From an uncultured Oscillospiraceae bacterium (GTDB lineage Bacteria; Bacillota; Clostridia; Oscillospirales; Acutalibacteraceae): a DNA stretch of 64,000 nucleotides. The notes beneath the pieces are model-generated. The model was not told the origin of the DNA and made no database searches. It saw only the letters and a program-made list of their open reading frames with translations. Below, in pieces: positions 1 through 10,344 of this stretch. The stretch's first letter is position 1. Every line of letters begins with the position of its first letter. The position numbers and the translations under genes are program-made. The DNA lies in the NCBI GenBank assembly GCA_900547105.1, contig URFL01000003.1:1-64000 (forward strand), given 5' to 3'.

Positions 1-465
1 TTGGAATTGTCCAGCCAAAAGCCGATCCGTGGTGTTGTCTGCATAAATGTATCGTATAAGGTTTCAACCGTAAAGCCGGAATAGCCTGTTTTCTCCCTGT
101 ATCGTTCCCTTTCTTTTATTGTTTCCACATCTGGACAAAGAACGACAACCTCAACAGGGTATTTATGCAGATAATTTATCATTCGGTTTAATTCATCACC
201 GTAGTAGTTATCTTGGATCACTACAGAAAAGCCGTTGTCAAAGTATGACCTTGCCGCATCAGCAGTCAATTTGTATCGAAGGTACAGCTGGCGGACTGCT
301 TCCGCTGATGGGGTAGCTGACATATTTTCTCTGCCTGAAATAATCATTTTTCGGAACACATCACCACGAAGATGGACGCATTTTTCTATTGATTTTGCCA
401 GTAAATCGGAAACTGTAGATTTTCCAGAAGCCATTAAGCCTGTAATGAGATAAATTTTTTGTTTC
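1..465 (-). CDS. P-loop kinase / AAA-type NTPase (chloramphenicol-phosphotransferase-like fold), C-terminus runs off the window edge
   Basis: Reverse-strand translation from the ATG at 465-463 gives MKQKIYLITGLMASGKSTVSDLLAKS..., with Walker A motif GLMASGKST. The reading frame continues past position 1. This ORF is not in the supplied track, presumably because it is truncated. Confidence 0.6.
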
Positions 466-795
466 ATTTCACTTCCTCCGGCACAAAAAATATGTACATG
501 TAACTAATTCAACACATTTATAATTTGAATAGGGACATTATAGCATTTACTAAATACAAATTCAATGTATACGGAAAGAAAGATATAAGGAGTGGGAGGG
601 ATTCCGCCGTAGTCGGCATTGTAGGAAAATCCAAAAGTTTAGATTTTCCCACAATGCTTATCTTTTGGTCTTTGGTTCGGAATAGTGTAGTGCTGGCGGT
701 CTATCTCTTGTTTTCGGTTGCTTGCTTCCTTACCGTACATGAGCATTTCCCGCCGGTTATAAACGGTAATCCAAATTTAATTTCCCGCGCAAAAA

Positions 796-830
796 AGGCG
801 TCGACCAAAACGGTCGACGCCTTTTGCTTT
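796..830. terminator. bidirectional rho-independent hairpin
   Basis: aaaaggcgtcgacc-aaaac-ggtcgacgcctttt is a perfect stem flanked by an A-run and a T-run, downstream of the 847..1101 minus-strand gene. Confidence 0.6.
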
Positions 831-846
831 TGGGTTGTGCGTCCGC

Positions 847-1101
847 TTATTTCTTGTCGTCGTTGCCGTACAGATTCAAGCGGAACAAACGGGACTCGTC
901 GTCGATGTCCTTGCAGACCACGGTGGCTTCGCCGATGTTGCCCCAATCGATCGCACTGGACAGCGCCAGCAGCTGCGTCAAGCGGCTTTTCAGGTTCAGC
1001 ACATCGCCGTCCGGCGTTTCCAACAGCACATCGCCCTTTGCGGTAGCGGCAAATTCCATCAGCTTGTTAAAATCGAAGTTGTGAATTTTGAAACCAGCCA
1101 T
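847..1101 (-). CDS. small hypothetical protein (84 aa)
   Basis: ORF with a strong RBS (aaaggagg, spaced 8 nt before the ATG) and a terminator downstream. I recognise no domain. Confidence 0.5.
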   Translation of the reverse strand: MAGFKIHNFDFNKLMEFAATAKGDVLLETPDGDVLNLKSRLTQLLALSSAIDWGNIGEATVVCKDIDDESRLFRLNLYGNDDKK

Positions 1102-1301
1102 TGTGTTCTCCTCCTTTTACCTTGTCTGCCATCATTATAGTGGTATTTGTCCCCGGATGCAACCCGCAAAAGCGCCGAAGTTTGCGGCTTTTGCGGGCGG
1201 CGCTCTTGTTCATCTTTTTGCGTGGGGACACGCTTTTGATGCAAACCACCGGTATTCACGGATTGATTACGGCGTTTTTACAAATCATTCACATTTAGCC
1301 C

Positions 1302-1330
1302 TTGACACCGGCGGATGAGAATGGTAAATT
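1302..1330 (+). promoter_or_regulatory. sigma-A-type promoter of the hrcA operon
   Basis: TTGACA-17 nt-TAAATT, immediately upstream of the CIRCE operator. Confidence 0.55.
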
Positions 1331-1339
1331 ATAGATATG

Positions 1340-1366
1340 TTAGCACTCCGGCGACAAGAGTGCTAA
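1340..1366 (+). promoter_or_regulatory. CIRCE operator (HrcA binding site)
   Basis: TTAGCACTC-cggcgacaa-GAGTGCTAA matches the CIRCE consensus TTAGCACTC-N9-GAGTGCTAA exactly. Confidence 0.95.
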
Positions 1367-1398
1367 AATCGACACAAACGAAAGGAGAGGAACCCGTT

Positions 1399-2427
1399 AT
1401 GGATCTGGGCGAACGCAAACAACACATTTTGGCGGCGATCATCGAAGAGTATATCCGCACCGGCGAGCCGGTCGGCTCCAAGGTGGTGGTCGAACGGCTG
1501 GATCACGCGGTGTCCTCTGCTACCGTGCGCAACGAAATGGCGGATCTGGCGGCGAAAGGGTATCTGGAGCAGCCGCACACCTCGGCGGGGCGTATCCCCA
1601 CCGCGCCCGCCTTTCGGTTGTATATCGACCGCCTGATGCATCGCCGGCCGCTGCCGGAGGAAAGCCGCCAGACCATAGATCAGCTTCTGGCGGGTGCCGC
1701 CAGCGACCCCGAGCGGCTGATCGAGGGCGCGGCACAGGCACTGGCCGCCGCTACCGGCTGCGCCGCTGTGGGCACATCTCCGTGTGACCACGACGCGTGT
1801 GTACGCCGCATCGAGTTGATCCCGATGCAGCGCCGGTCGCTGGCTTTGCTGCTGATGACCGGTTCCGGCACGCTGCGCACCCGCGTCTGCCGCACCGAAC
1901 AGCAACTGGACGAGGAGGTACTGGGGCGCCTGTCGCGGGCGCTGTCCGAAACCTTCCTCCACCGTCCGGTGGGCGAGATTGGGTTGGCGGATGTGCAAGG
2001 GCTGGTCTTGTCACTGGGCGAACACGGACTGGCGTGTGCACCGGTGCTGACCGCGTTTTACGAGCTGGTGCAGGAGGCAGCCGCCGCGGAGGTGCTGCTG
2101 ACCGGACAGCTCAACTTGCTGCAGCATCCGGATTATGAATTGTCCCACGCGCGCGCGCTGCTGCATTTTCTGGCGCGGCGTGATCTGGTCGCGGATATGC
2201 TGACCGCCTATCCCGGCGGGCTGCGCGTGGTGCTCGGCAACGAAAGCGACCGACCGGAGCTTTCCGGTTCCAGCATTATCATCACCCGCTACGCGTTGGA
2301 GGACGGCATGACCGGCACCATCGGGCTGATCGGTCCGCTGCGTATGGATTATGCCACCGCCATTCCGCGTTTGGAATATTATTCCAGCCGCGTGGGCAAA
2401 CTGCTCACAGAGCTGTTGAACGAGTAA
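1399..2427 (+). CDS. hrcA: heat-inducible transcription repressor HrcA
   Basis: ATG at 1399 follows RBS aaaggagagg. The protein MDLGERKQHILAAIIEEYIRTGEPVGSKVV... is typical of HrcA, and the gene sits upstream of grpE-dnaK-dnaJ. Confidence 0.95.
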   Translation: MDLGERKQHILAAIIEEYIRTGEPVGSKVVVERLDHAVSSATVRNEMADLAAKGYLEQPHTSAGRIPTAPAFRLYIDRLMHRRPLPEESRQTIDQLLAGAASDPERLIEGAAQALAAATGCAAVGTSPCDHDACVRRIELIPMQRRSLALLLMTGSGTLRTRVCRTEQQLDEEVLGRLSRALSETFLHRPVGEIGLADVQGLVLSLGEHGLACAPVLTAFYELVQEAAAAEVLLTGQLNLLQHPDYELSHARALLHFLARRDLVADMLTAYPGGLRVVLGNESDRPELSGSSIIITRYALEDGMTGTIGLIGPLRMDYATAIPRLEYYSSRVGKLLTELLNE

Positions 2428-2443
2428 AAAGGAGGGGACGGAT

Positions 2444-3043
2444 TTGATGGAAGAGTCCAAAAATCCCGAACAGGTCACCGAAACCGCCGAAACCGCACAA
2501 GCGGCAGCTCCGGAAACGGCGGCTGCCGAGGCTCCTGAGAAAAAGGAGCGCAAAGCGCATAAAAAAGACGCGAAAGACACGGCGGAGCACAAACGCCAGC
2601 AACACACGGTGGAGCTGGAAAATCTGAAAAAAGAGCTGCAAGACCAAAAAGACACCTACCAGCGGATGCTGGCGGAATACGCCAACTACAAGCGCCGCAC
2701 CGAGCAGGAAAAAGAACAGCTCGGAGCGTTCACCCGCGCCGAGGTGATCAAAAAGCTGCTGCCGGCGCTGGACAATCTGGAACGCGCCGCCGCCGCTCCC
2801 GCCGGAGAGGAATACAAAACCGGCGTGGTGATGACCATTCGCCAGCTGAACGACATTCTCAAGGAGATGGGGCTGGAGGAGATCGACGCCGAGGGTGCAC
2901 CTTTTAACCCGGAGATCCACAACGCCGTGATGCGCGAGGATGCCGACGGAGTGGAGCCGGACACGGTGACCGAGGTGTACCAGAAAGGCTACAAAATGGG
3001 GGATCGCGTGCTGCGCCCCTCGATGGTCAAGGTTGCAAACTGA
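2444..3043 (+). CDS. grpE: nucleotide exchange factor GrpE
   Basis: Operon position and GrpE-like C-terminal domain (…FNPEIHNAVMRED…KGYKMGDRVLRPSMVKV). The start is either TTG at 2444 or ATG at 2447. Confidence 0.9.
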   Translation: MMEESKNPEQVTETAETAQAAAPETAAAEAPEKKERKAHKKDAKDTAEHKRQQHTVELENLKKELQDQKDTYQRMLAEYANYKRRTEQEKEQLGAFTRAEVIKKLLPALDNLERAAAAPAGEEYKTGVVMTIRQLNDILKEMGLEEIDAEGAPFNPEIHNAVMREDADGVEPDTVTEVYQKGYKMGDRVLRPSMVKVAN

Positions 3044-3104
3044 TCGGCATATCCGATCGGATCGACACATATAACGAACGATAAGTATTTGGGAGGTAAT
3101 CTAT

Positions 3105-4922
3105 ATGGCAAAGATTATTGGTATTGACTTGGGTACGACAAACTCTTGTGTGGCTGTGATCGAGGGCGGCGAAGCCGTCGTCATCCCCAACGCGGAAGGC
3201 GCGCGCACCACGCCCTCTGTGGTCGCGTTCAAAAAAGACGGCGAGCGTATCGTCGGTCGCGTCGCGAAGCAGCAGGCGATCTCCAACCCGGAGCGCACCA
3301 TTTCGTCCATCAAACGCGAAATGGGCAACAACTACAAGGTGTCCATTGACGGCAAGGATTTCACTCCGCAGGAAATCTCTGCGATGATCCTGCAAAAGCT
3401 GAAACAGGACGCGGAAGCGTATCTGGGCGACACCGTGACCGAAGCGGTCATCACCGTTCCCGCTTACTTCACCGACGCCCAGCGTCAGGCGACCAAGGAC
3501 GCGGGCAAGATCGCGGGCCTGGATGTCAAGCGTATCATCAACGAGCCGACCGCCGCGGCGCTGGCGTACGGCATTGATAAAGAAAATGACCAGAAGATCA
3601 TGGTCTACGACCTCGGCGGCGGTACCTTCGATGTGTCCATCATCGAAATGGGCGACGGCGTGCAGGAAGTGCTCGCGACCGCCGGTAACAACCGCCTGGG
3701 TGGCGACGATTTCGACCAGAAGATCGTGGATTGGATGATCGAAGGCTTTAAGAAAGAGACCGGTGTGGATCTGTCCACCGATAAAATGGCGGTGCAGCGT
3801 CTGCGCGAAGCGGCAGAAAAGAGCAAGATCGAGCTGTCCGGCAGCACGACCAGCAACATCAACCTGCCCTTCATCACCGCCGATGCGACCGGCCCCAAAC
3901 ACCTGGATATGACGCTGACCCGCGCCGAGTTCAACAAGCTGACCGAAAGCCTGGTCGACGCGACCATGGGTCCGGTGCAGCAGGCGCTGAAAGACAGCGG
4001 TTTGTCCGCTTCCCAGATCGACAAAGTGCTGCTGGTGGGCGGCTCGTCCCGTATTCCGGCGGTGCAGGATGCGGTCAAGAAAGTGATGGGCAAAGAGCCG
4101 TTTAAGGGCATCAACCCCGACGAGTGCGTGGCCATGGGTGCGGCGCTGCAAGGCGGCGTGCTGGGCGGCGAGGTCAAAGGTCTGCTGCTGCTGGATGTTA
4201 CCCCCCTGTCGCTGGGTGTGGAAACCATGGGCGGCGTGATGACCCGCGTCATCGACCGTAACACCACCATCCCGACCAAAAAGAGCCAGATCTTCTCCAC
4301 CGCTGTGGACAATCAGCCGTCGGTGGAAGTGCACGTGCTGCAGGGCGAACGCGAATTCGCCAAAGACAACAAAACGCTGGGTGTGTTCCATCTGGACGGT
4401 ATCGCTCCCGCGCGCCGCGGTGTGCCGCAGATCGAAGTCACCTTTGATATCGACGCCAACGGCATCGTGAATGTCAGCGCGAAGGATCTGGGTACCGGTC
4501 GCGAGCAGGCGATCACCATCACCTCCAACACCAATATGTCCAAGGAGGATGTGGAAAAGGCCGTGAAAGAGGCCGAGCAGTACGCTGCCGAGGACAAACA
4601 GAAGAGAGATGCGGTGGAGACCCGCAACGCTGCCGACCAGTCGGTGTATCAGTGCGAAAAAGCGCTGGAAGAGCTGGGCGACAAGCTGGACGAAGCGGAC
4701 AAGACCTCCATTCGCGAAAAGACCGATGCGCTGAAAGAGGCGCTGAAGGGCGACAACGTGGACGACATCAAAGCCAAACAGGAAGAGCTGATGAAAGCCT
4801 TCTACGAAGTGTCCGCCAAGGTGTATCAGGCGAACGCTCCGGCGGATGGCGCCGCTCCGGATCAGCAGGGCAATGTGCCCCCCACCGACGGTGATGGCTA
4901 CTACAACGGGGATGTCCACTAA
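3105..4922 (+). CDS. dnaK: molecular chaperone DnaK (Hsp70)
   Basis: [18 protein letters not shown]…[10 protein letters not shown]… are canonical Hsp70 motifs. Length is 605 aa. Confidence 0.98.
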   Translation: MAKIIGIDLGTTNSCVAVIEGGEAVVIPNAEGARTTPSVVAFKKDGERIVGRVAKQQAISNPERTISSIKREMGNNYKVSIDGKDFTPQEISAMILQKLKQDAEAYLGDTVTEAVITVPAYFTDAQRQATKDAGKIAGLDVKRIINEPTAAALAYGIDKENDQKIMVYDLGGGTFDVSIIEMGDGVQEVLATAGNNRLGGDDFDQKIVDWMIEGFKKETGVDLSTDKMAVQRLREAAEKSKIELSGSTTSNINLPFITADATGPKHLDMTLTRAEFNKLTESLVDATMGPVQQALKDSGLSASQIDKVLLVGGSSRIPAVQDAVKKVMGKEPFKGINPDECVAMGAALQGGVLGGEVKGLLLLDVTPLSLGVETMGGVMTRVIDRNTTIPTKKSQIFSTAVDNQPSVEVHVLQGEREFAKDNKTLGVFHLDGIAPARRGVPQIEVTFDIDANGIVNVSAKDLGTGREQAITITSNTNMSKEDVEKAVKEAEQYAAEDKQKRDAVETRNAADQSVYQCEKALEELGDKLDEADKTSIREKTDALKEALKGDNVDDIKAKQEELMKAFYEVSAKVYQANAPADGAAPDQQGNVPPTDGDGYYNGDVH

Positions 4923-4940
4923 TTCTTGACAGGCTAACCA

Positions 4941-4976
4941 ATGATGGCATTTGTCCCCCGGGGCAGATGCCATCAT
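4941..4976 (+). terminator. intra-operon hairpin / partial terminator between dnaK and dnaJ
   Basis: ATGATGGCAT-ttgtcccccggggcag-ATGCCATCAT is a perfect 10-bp inverted repeat, followed by tccctgttttta. Confidence 0.5.
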
Positions 4977-5035
4977 TCCCTGTTTTTATCTTCCCGCAGG
5001 GGAAGTACATACACTAGATTTGAGGAGACTACACC

Positions 5036-6169
5036 ATGGCCGATAAACGCGATTATTACGAGGTGCTGGGCGTATCCAAGGGCGCTTCGGAAGATGAGAT
5101 CAAAAAAGCCTATCGTCAGGCGGCAAAAAAATACCACCCGGACTTGAACCCGGGCGACAAAGAGGCGGAAGTCCACTTCAAAGAGGTCAACGAGGCGTAT
5201 GAAGTGCTGTCCGACCCGCAGAAAAAAGCGCGCTATGACCAGTTCGGCCACGCGGGGGTGGATCCCAACTTCGGCGCGGGCGGTTACGGCGGCGCCGGTT
5301 TTGACGGCGAAGATTTCGACTTGGGCGACATCTTCTCCTCCTTCTTCGGCGGCGGCGGTCGCCGGCAGAACCCCAACGCGCCCCGCCGGGGCAGCGATGT
5401 GGGCGCCAGCGTGGTGATCTCGTTTGAAGAATCCGCGCGCGGTTGCAAAAAACAGGTGAATGTCCAGCTCGTCACCACCTGTGACGAGTGCGGCGGTTCG
5501 GGTGCCGCCAAAGGCACCTCCAGCCGTACCTGTGCCCAGTGCGGCGGCTCCGGTCAGGTGCGCACGCAGCAGCGCACGCCATTCGGCGTGGTGCAAACGC
5601 AAAGCGTGTGCCCGTCCTGCCACGGTCGCGGCAAAACCATCGACACCCCCTGCCGCAAGTGCAGCGGCTCGGGTCAGGTGCGCAAGCCCGCCACCATCGG
5701 CATCAACATCCCCGCCGGTATTGACGACGGACAGGTGATCTCCATCCGCGGCAAGGGCAACGCCGGGCAAAACGGCGGACCGGCGGGCGATCTGCAGGTG
5801 CAGGTGTCGGTGCGTCCGCATCCGCTGTTCGAGCGGCAAGGCTACGACATTTTGTGCGATCTGCCGCTGACCTATGCGCAGGTGGCGCTGGGCGCGGAGG
5901 TTTCGGTGCCCACGCTGGACGGCAAGGTACCCTACACCATCAAGGAGGGCACCCAACCGGGCGAAACCTTCCGCTTGAAAGGCAAGGGCTTCCCGTATAT
6001 CAACGGACGCGGGCGCGGCGATCTGCTGGTGCACGTCACGGTGGAGGTTCCCCGCAACCTGAACAGCGAGCAGAAAAAGCTGCTCAAATCGTTCGAGGAA
6101 TCCATGACCGACAGCAACTATCAAAAGCGCAAAAGCTTCTTTGACAAGATCAAGGATGCGTTCAAATAA
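5036..6169 (+). CDS. dnaJ: molecular chaperone DnaJ (Hsp40)
   Basis: J-domain ([17 protein letters not shown]), G/F-rich region, and four CxxCxGxG zinc-finger repeats. Confidence 0.97.
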   Translation: MADKRDYYEVLGVSKGASEDEIKKAYRQAAKKYHPDLNPGDKEAEVHFKEVNEAYEVLSDPQKKARYDQFGHAGVDPNFGAGGYGGAGFDGEDFDLGDIFSSFFGGGGRRQNPNAPRRGSDVGASVVISFEESARGCKKQVNVQLVTTCDECGGSGAAKGTSSRTCAQCGGSGQVRTQQRTPFGVVQTQSVCPSCHGRGKTIDTPCRKCSGSGQVRKPATIGINIPAGIDDGQVISIRGKGNAGQNGGPAGDLQVQVSVRPHPLFERQGYDILCDLPLTYAQVALGAEVSVPTLDGKVPYTIKEGTQPGETFRLKGKGFPYINGRGRGDLLVHVTVEVPRNLNSEQKKLLKSFEESMTDSNYQKRKSFFDKIKDAFK

Positions 6170-6186
6170 GCACAAAACCGCCCCTC

Positions 6187-6226
6187 GGCTTTTACAGCCG
6201 GAGGGCGGTTTTTTCGGTCACAGCAG
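6187..6226 (+). terminator. rho-independent terminator of the dnaK operon
   Basis: ccgcccctcggc…gccggagggcgg stem followed by tttttt. Confidence 0.75.
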
Positions 6227-6469
6227 CTCCTGCTCGACCTGTTCATAGGCGGGCGTATCAAAAAATTCGATCAGCGTCATGTCCAGCCCGTCGCAAATCT
6301 TTTTCAGCGTCACCACGCCGGGGTTGCGGCTTTCGCCGTTTAAGATGCTTTTGATGGTAGATTGCGGAATCCCCGCCAAATAGCTGAGCGCGTTCGGCGT
6401 GATATGCCGCTGGCGGCACAGCTGGTAGATACGCTCCACCACAAATTCATAAATCGTCACAAGCGACAC
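6218..6469 (-). CDS. XRE-family helix-turn-helix transcriptional regulator (83 aa)
   Basis: HTH_XRE signature …ITPNALSYLAGIPQSTIKSILNGESRNPGVVTLKKICDGL…. Confidence 0.8.
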   Translation of the reverse strand: MSLVTIYEFVVERIYQLCRQRHITPNALSYLAGIPQSTIKSILNGESRNPGVVTLKKICDGLDMTLIEFFDTPAYEQVEQELL

Positions 6470-6545
6470 CTCCGCTTCATATTTTCGCCCTCATCATACG
6501 CCGCCCGCGCGGCGGGTGTTAGTGATACATCACTGGTCCGGCGTA

Positions 6546-6581
6546 CAAAAACACCCGCACACCGAAGGTGTACGGGTGTTT
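6546..6581. terminator. bidirectional hairpin terminating the tRNA-Thr transcript
   Basis: aaaa-acacccgcacacc-gaag-gtgtacgggtgt-ttt, with an A-run and T-run on the two sides. Confidence 0.7.
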
Positions 6582-6657
6582 TGGAGCTACCGATCCGATT
6601 CGAACGGACGACCTGCTCATTACGAGTGAGCTGCTCTACCTGCTGAGCCACGGTAGC
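6582..6657 (-). tRNA. tRNA-Thr, anticodon CGU
   Basis: Reverse complement is GCTACCGTGGCTCAGCAGGTAGAGCAGCTCACTCGTAATGAGCAGGTCGTCCGTTCGAATCGGATCGGTAGCTCCA. It folds as a cloverleaf: acceptor stem 7 bp, anticodon stem GCTCA/TGAGC, anticodon loop CTCGTAA giving anticodon CGT, T-loop TTCGAAT, encoded CCA. Confidence 0.9.
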
Positions 6658-6951
6658 ATATCGCTTGCGGATTTTTATTATACCAAACCCTTGTCCATCC
6701 GTCAAGTATTTTTTGCGTCCCTGCCCTGGTCATCGCCTGTGCGGGCGTCTTTTCCGTAGACCATTATTGGTCCACGAAAGTATAAAATATTACACATTTG
6801 GATATAAAAATAAATATTGTACAATTATTTTAATCGTTTGTATTAGCTTTTTAACATTTCGCGTTTTTTTGCTAAAAAAGGAGTATACTGTTTTCCGTGT
6901 TGTGACCAAACGTACCTTTTGTTACACGAAATCTGAGAGGAGGATGATTCC

Positions 6952-7377
6952 ATGTACAGAAAAAAGGAGTCGCTGCCTTATCTGGCGCAGCGGCTGAAAA
7001 CATTGCGTCACGCCAGCGGCTTTACTCAGCAGCGGTTAGCGGATCTGCTGCACATCGAGCGGTGTACCTATGCGTTTTACGAGTCCGGCAAAAGCCATCC
7101 CGATTTGGGGCTCATTTTGCGCATCGCCCGCATCTACAACACCACGGTGGACCATCTGGTGGACCCGGATTATGACCTGTTCACCTCCACCGCCATGACG
7201 GTGCACGCACCGCCCATTCCGGCCGGGTTGCAATCCCCGATTGAAACCTCCAAGCTGGAACAGGACGAACAAAGCTTTCTGGTGCTGTATCGCCAGCTGA
7301 ACCGCGACAAAAAGGAAAAGCTGCTCACCTATATGTGGGAGCTGCAGCAAGAGTCGCAGGACGAAGCAACCGATTGA
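6952..7377 (+). CDS. XRE-family HTH regulator (141 aa)
   Basis: N-terminal HTH (…GFTQQRLADLLHIERCTYAFYESGKSHPDLGLILRIARIYNTTVDHL…). Preceded by RBS gagaggagg and a 200-bp AT-rich upstream region. Confidence 0.75.
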   Translation: MYRKKESLPYLAQRLKTLRHASGFTQQRLADLLHIERCTYAFYESGKSHPDLGLILRIARIYNTTVDHLVDPDYDLFTSTAMTVHAPPIPAGLQSPIETSKLEQDEQSFLVLYRQLNRDKKEKLLTYMWELQQESQDEATD

Positions 7378-7382
7378 TCCGA

Positions 7383-7420
7383 AAAAAGCGACCGCAGGAT
7401 ATTCCTGCGGTCGCTTTTTG
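7383..7420. terminator. bidirectional rho-independent terminator
   Basis: aaaaagcgaccgcagg-atatt-cctgcggtcgcttttt. Confidence 0.8.
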
Positions 7421-7422
7421 CT

Positions 7423-7881
7423 TTAGTCATCCCCCAGCAGCGAGCCGCTGTCGTCCGGCAGCTGCGCACCCTCGCGCGCGGTCGCGACCGCTTCCAGAAT
7501 ATATGCCGCCAGCATAAACACAAATACCAGCAGCACGCTCATATGCCGCCAGATCAGCGTTCCCAGCGTCAGCCCGCCGGTAATGACGGTGGAGGCATCA
7601 AATGTCTGCCACAGATCCAGCGCCACCACCAGAATCACCACCGATGCCGCGCCGGCGGCAATCACCCCCGGCAACCGGTGATTTCGGGCGGCGGTGAACC
7701 AGATGGTCGCCGCCAACAGCACGATCATCGCGGCGATCAGCGGCCAGATGGCATACGGCTCATCCGACCGCCCATTGTTGATCAAAATCCCGATAATACC
7801 GCACCACTGGAAAAATCCGCACACCAGCAGGGCGATCCACATCAGCACCCGCATACACTTCGACGCTGTTCGCATAGTCAT
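7423..7881 (-). CDS. hypothetical integral membrane protein (152 aa, about 4 TM)
   Basis: Hydrophobic segments throughout (…WIALLVCGFFQWCGIIGILI…, …IWPLIAAMIVLLAATIWF…). No named domain. Confidence 0.6.
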   Translation of the reverse strand: MTMRTASKCMRVLMWIALLVCGFFQWCGIIGILINNGRSDEPYAIWPLIAAMIVLLAATIWFTAARNHRLPGVIAAGAASVVILVVALDLWQTFDASTVITGGLTLGTLIWRHMSVLLVFVFMLAAYILEAVATAREGAQLPDDSGSLLGDD

Positions 7882-8036
7882 TCTCCGTTTCGTTGCCGTT
7901 TTTCGTTATTCTACCACACGCCGCCCCGCTTTTCAACCGCCGGGAGCAGCTAAAATTAAAAACCTGTTCATATCCACCGGGGAAAAACTGCTAAAATAAA
8001 AGAAAAGACTTGCAAAAGCTGGAGGAGGTTGCTCAT

Positions 8037-8732
8037 ATGGCTTTGAAAATTATGGTCGTAGATGACGACAAAAACATTTGCGAATTGCTGCGGTTGTATC
8101 TGGAAAAAGAGGGCTACGAAGTGCAGCTGGCGTTTAACGGTATGCAGGCGCTGGATATGTTCCGTAACGACCCGCCGGATCTGATGCTGCTGGATGTGAT
8201 GATGCCGGAGCTGGACGGCTGGCAGGTGTGCCGCGAGATCCGTAAGCTGTCGCAATGTCCCATCATCATGCTGACCGCCAAAGGCGAAGTATTCGACAAG
8301 GTGCTGGGGCTGGAGCTGGGCGCCGACGACTATGTGGTCAAACCCTTTGATGCCAAAGAGATCGTAGCGCGGGTGAAGGCGGTGCTGCGCCGCAGCGGCG
8401 CGCTGGACGGTCAAAAGCGCCGCGAGGTGCGGTTTGACGGATTGTACATCAACATGGAAAACTACGAGCTGAAGGTGCGCGGCAAACAGGTGGATGCGCC
8501 GCCCAAGGAGATGGAGCTGATCTATCATCTGGCGAGCAACCCCAACCGTGTGTTCACCCGCGACCAGCTTTTGGACGAGGTGTGGGGCTTTGAATATTAC
8601 GGCGACAGCCGCACTGTGGATGTCCACATCAAACGCCTGCGCGAAAAGCTGGACGGCGTGTCTGACCAGTGGAATCTGAAAACCGTGTGGGGCGTGGGCT
8701 ATAAGTTTGAAGTGAAGGATAAGGATGCCTGA
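8037..8732 (+). CDS. OmpR/PhoB-family response regulator
   Basis: MALKIMVVDDDKNICELL… REC domain with a winged-helix C-terminus (…RVFTRDQLLDEVWG…TVDVHIKRLREKL). RBS ggaggagg. Confidence 0.95.
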   Translation: MALKIMVVDDDKNICELLRLYLEKEGYEVQLAFNGMQALDMFRNDPPDLMLLDVMMPELDGWQVCREIRKLSQCPIIMLTAKGEVFDKVLGLELGADDYVVKPFDAKEIVARVKAVLRRSGALDGQKRREVRFDGLYINMENYELKVRGKQVDAPPKEMELIYHLASNPNRVFTRDQLLDEVWGFEYYGDSRTVDVHIKRLREKLDGVSDQWNLKTVWGVGYKFEVKDKDA

Positions 8733-10213
8733 TGTTCAAAAGCATTTTTACCAAATATTTGTCGGTGCTCACGCTGATCGTGCTGATCAGCTTCACCGCC
8801 ATGGGGCTGGTGCAGATGCTGCTGTTCACCCGCTATTGGGTACAGGAAAAGCAGGATTGGATGGAGCGCGCCTCCACCAGCGTATCGGTGCTGACCTCGG
8901 AGCGCACCGTTTACAACGCCCGCGAGCAGCAATATGAAATCTCCACCGCGGCACTGTCGCCGCTGCTCAAGCCACTGGCATCCATCGACAACGCCCATGT
9001 GCTGGTGGTGGACAACGCCGGCAGCATTGTCATCTGCTCGGGCGGTGCCTCCTGCCCGCACGAAACCAAAGCCATTCCGGAATCCATTTTGAAAAAAATC
9101 GCCAACCCGGAGGACGGCAAGCAATTTTTCTCGCTGGGCACGCTGGACGGCATCTACACCTCGGCGCAATATGTGTCCGCCTGCACCATCACGGTGGGTG
9201 ATGACCAGGCGCAGATCGGGTACGCGTTTGTATCCATCCCGTCGGACAGCCTCGGCGATTATGTGAAAGACAACATCCGGTTGTTCCTGCTGTCCGCGCT
9301 GGGCGTGCTGGCGCTCACCTTTGTGGTGGTGTATATCCTCACCTACCGGTTGGTGCGCCCGCTGCGGGAGATGGCGGCAGCGACCCGCCGCTTTGGCGAG
9401 GGCGATTTCAGCATGCGGATCCCGGTCACCGGCAAAGACGAGATTGCCGAACTGGCCACCGCGCTGAACAATATGGCGATCTCGTTGTCCGGCGTGGAGG
9501 ATATGCGCCGCAGCTTTGTCGCCAATGTGTCGCACGAGCTGAAAACCCCGATGACCACCATCGCGGGCTTTATCGACGGCATTTTGGACGGCACCATCCC
9601 GCCCGAACGCCAGTCGCATTACCTCAAGATCATTTCGGACGAGGTGAAACGCCTGTCGCGGCTGGTGCGGTCGATGATGGATCTGTCCCGCATCGATGCC
9701 GGTCAGCTGCGGATCAACCGCGTGTCCTTCGACCTGATGGAAGCGACCTGCTCCACTCTGCTGCTGTTTGAACAGCGGCTGGAGGACAAGCACATCACCG
9801 TTACCGGGCTGGAGGATTGCGATTACACCGAGGTGCACGCCGACTTTGATCTGATCGGGCAGGTGATCTACAATCTGCTGGACAACGCGGTCAAGTTCAC
9901 CAACGAATCCGGCACCATCGACATTCGCTTTGCCCGTCAGGACGGCCGTATTCTGTACAGTGTGCGCAACACCGGCGCGGGCATTCCCCGTCAGGAGATG
10001 CAGCACATCTTCGAGCGGTTCTACAAGAGCGATAAATCGCGTAGTTTGGATAAAAGCGGGGTCGGTTTGGGACTCTATATCGTAAAGAGCATTATCAACC
10101 TGCACCACGGTGAGATCGTGGTGCGGTCGGTGGAAAACGAGTACACCGAGTTCGCGTTCTGGCTGCCGGATACCGGCGAGGGCAAATCCGCCGCCGACAA
10201 GCCGCGGTCATAA
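8732..10213 (+). CDS. sensor histidine kinase (2 TM, HAMP, HisKA, HATPase_c)
   Basis: Translationally coupled to the response regulator (ATGA overlap). H-box SHELKTPMTTI; N/G boxes NLLDNAVKFT…GVGLGLYIV. Confidence 0.95.
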   Translation: MFKSIFTKYLSVLTLIVLISFTAMGLVQMLLFTRYWVQEKQDWMERASTSVSVLTSERTVYNAREQQYEISTAALSPLLKPLASIDNAHVLVVDNAGSIVICSGGASCPHETKAIPESILKKIANPEDGKQFFSLGTLDGIYTSAQYVSACTITVGDDQAQIGYAFVSIPSDSLGDYVKDNIRLFLLSALGVLALTFVVVYILTYRLVRPLREMAAATRRFGEGDFSMRIPVTGKDEIAELATALNNMAISLSGVEDMRRSFVANVSHELKTPMTTIAGFIDGILDGTIPPERQSHYLKIISDEVKRLSRLVRSMMDLSRIDAGQLRINRVSFDLMEATCSTLLLFEQRLEDKHITVTGLEDCDYTEVHADFDLIGQVIYNLLDNAVKFTNESGTIDIRFARQDGRILYSVRNTGAGIPRQEMQHIFERFYKSDKSRSLDKSGVGLGLYIVKSIINLHHGEIVVRSVENEYTEFAFWLPDTGEGKSAADKPRS

Positions 10214-10344
10214 CCCGGTTACCGTTTATTTATGAAATTGGTAATCTTTCTTCAATAAATCGTCATATTTTGCTGTTACGATAGACTCATCAAAGAGAAC
10301 AGCGGCCCCGCTCCGGCGGCAAGCCGACGAAAGGTGTGTAATAT

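Noticed and set aside
3027-4976. 649-aa minus-strand ORF antisense to dnaK
   Set aside because: No RBS, no recognisable protein, fully overlaps the highly conserved dnaK. This is a GC-driven open frame. The same applies to 18490..21075 (+), 10276..12006 (-), 28887..30383 (+), 49780..52797 (+), 23158..24756 (+), 21317..23131 (+), 32699..34366 (+), 41752..43263 (-) and 55362..57206 (-).
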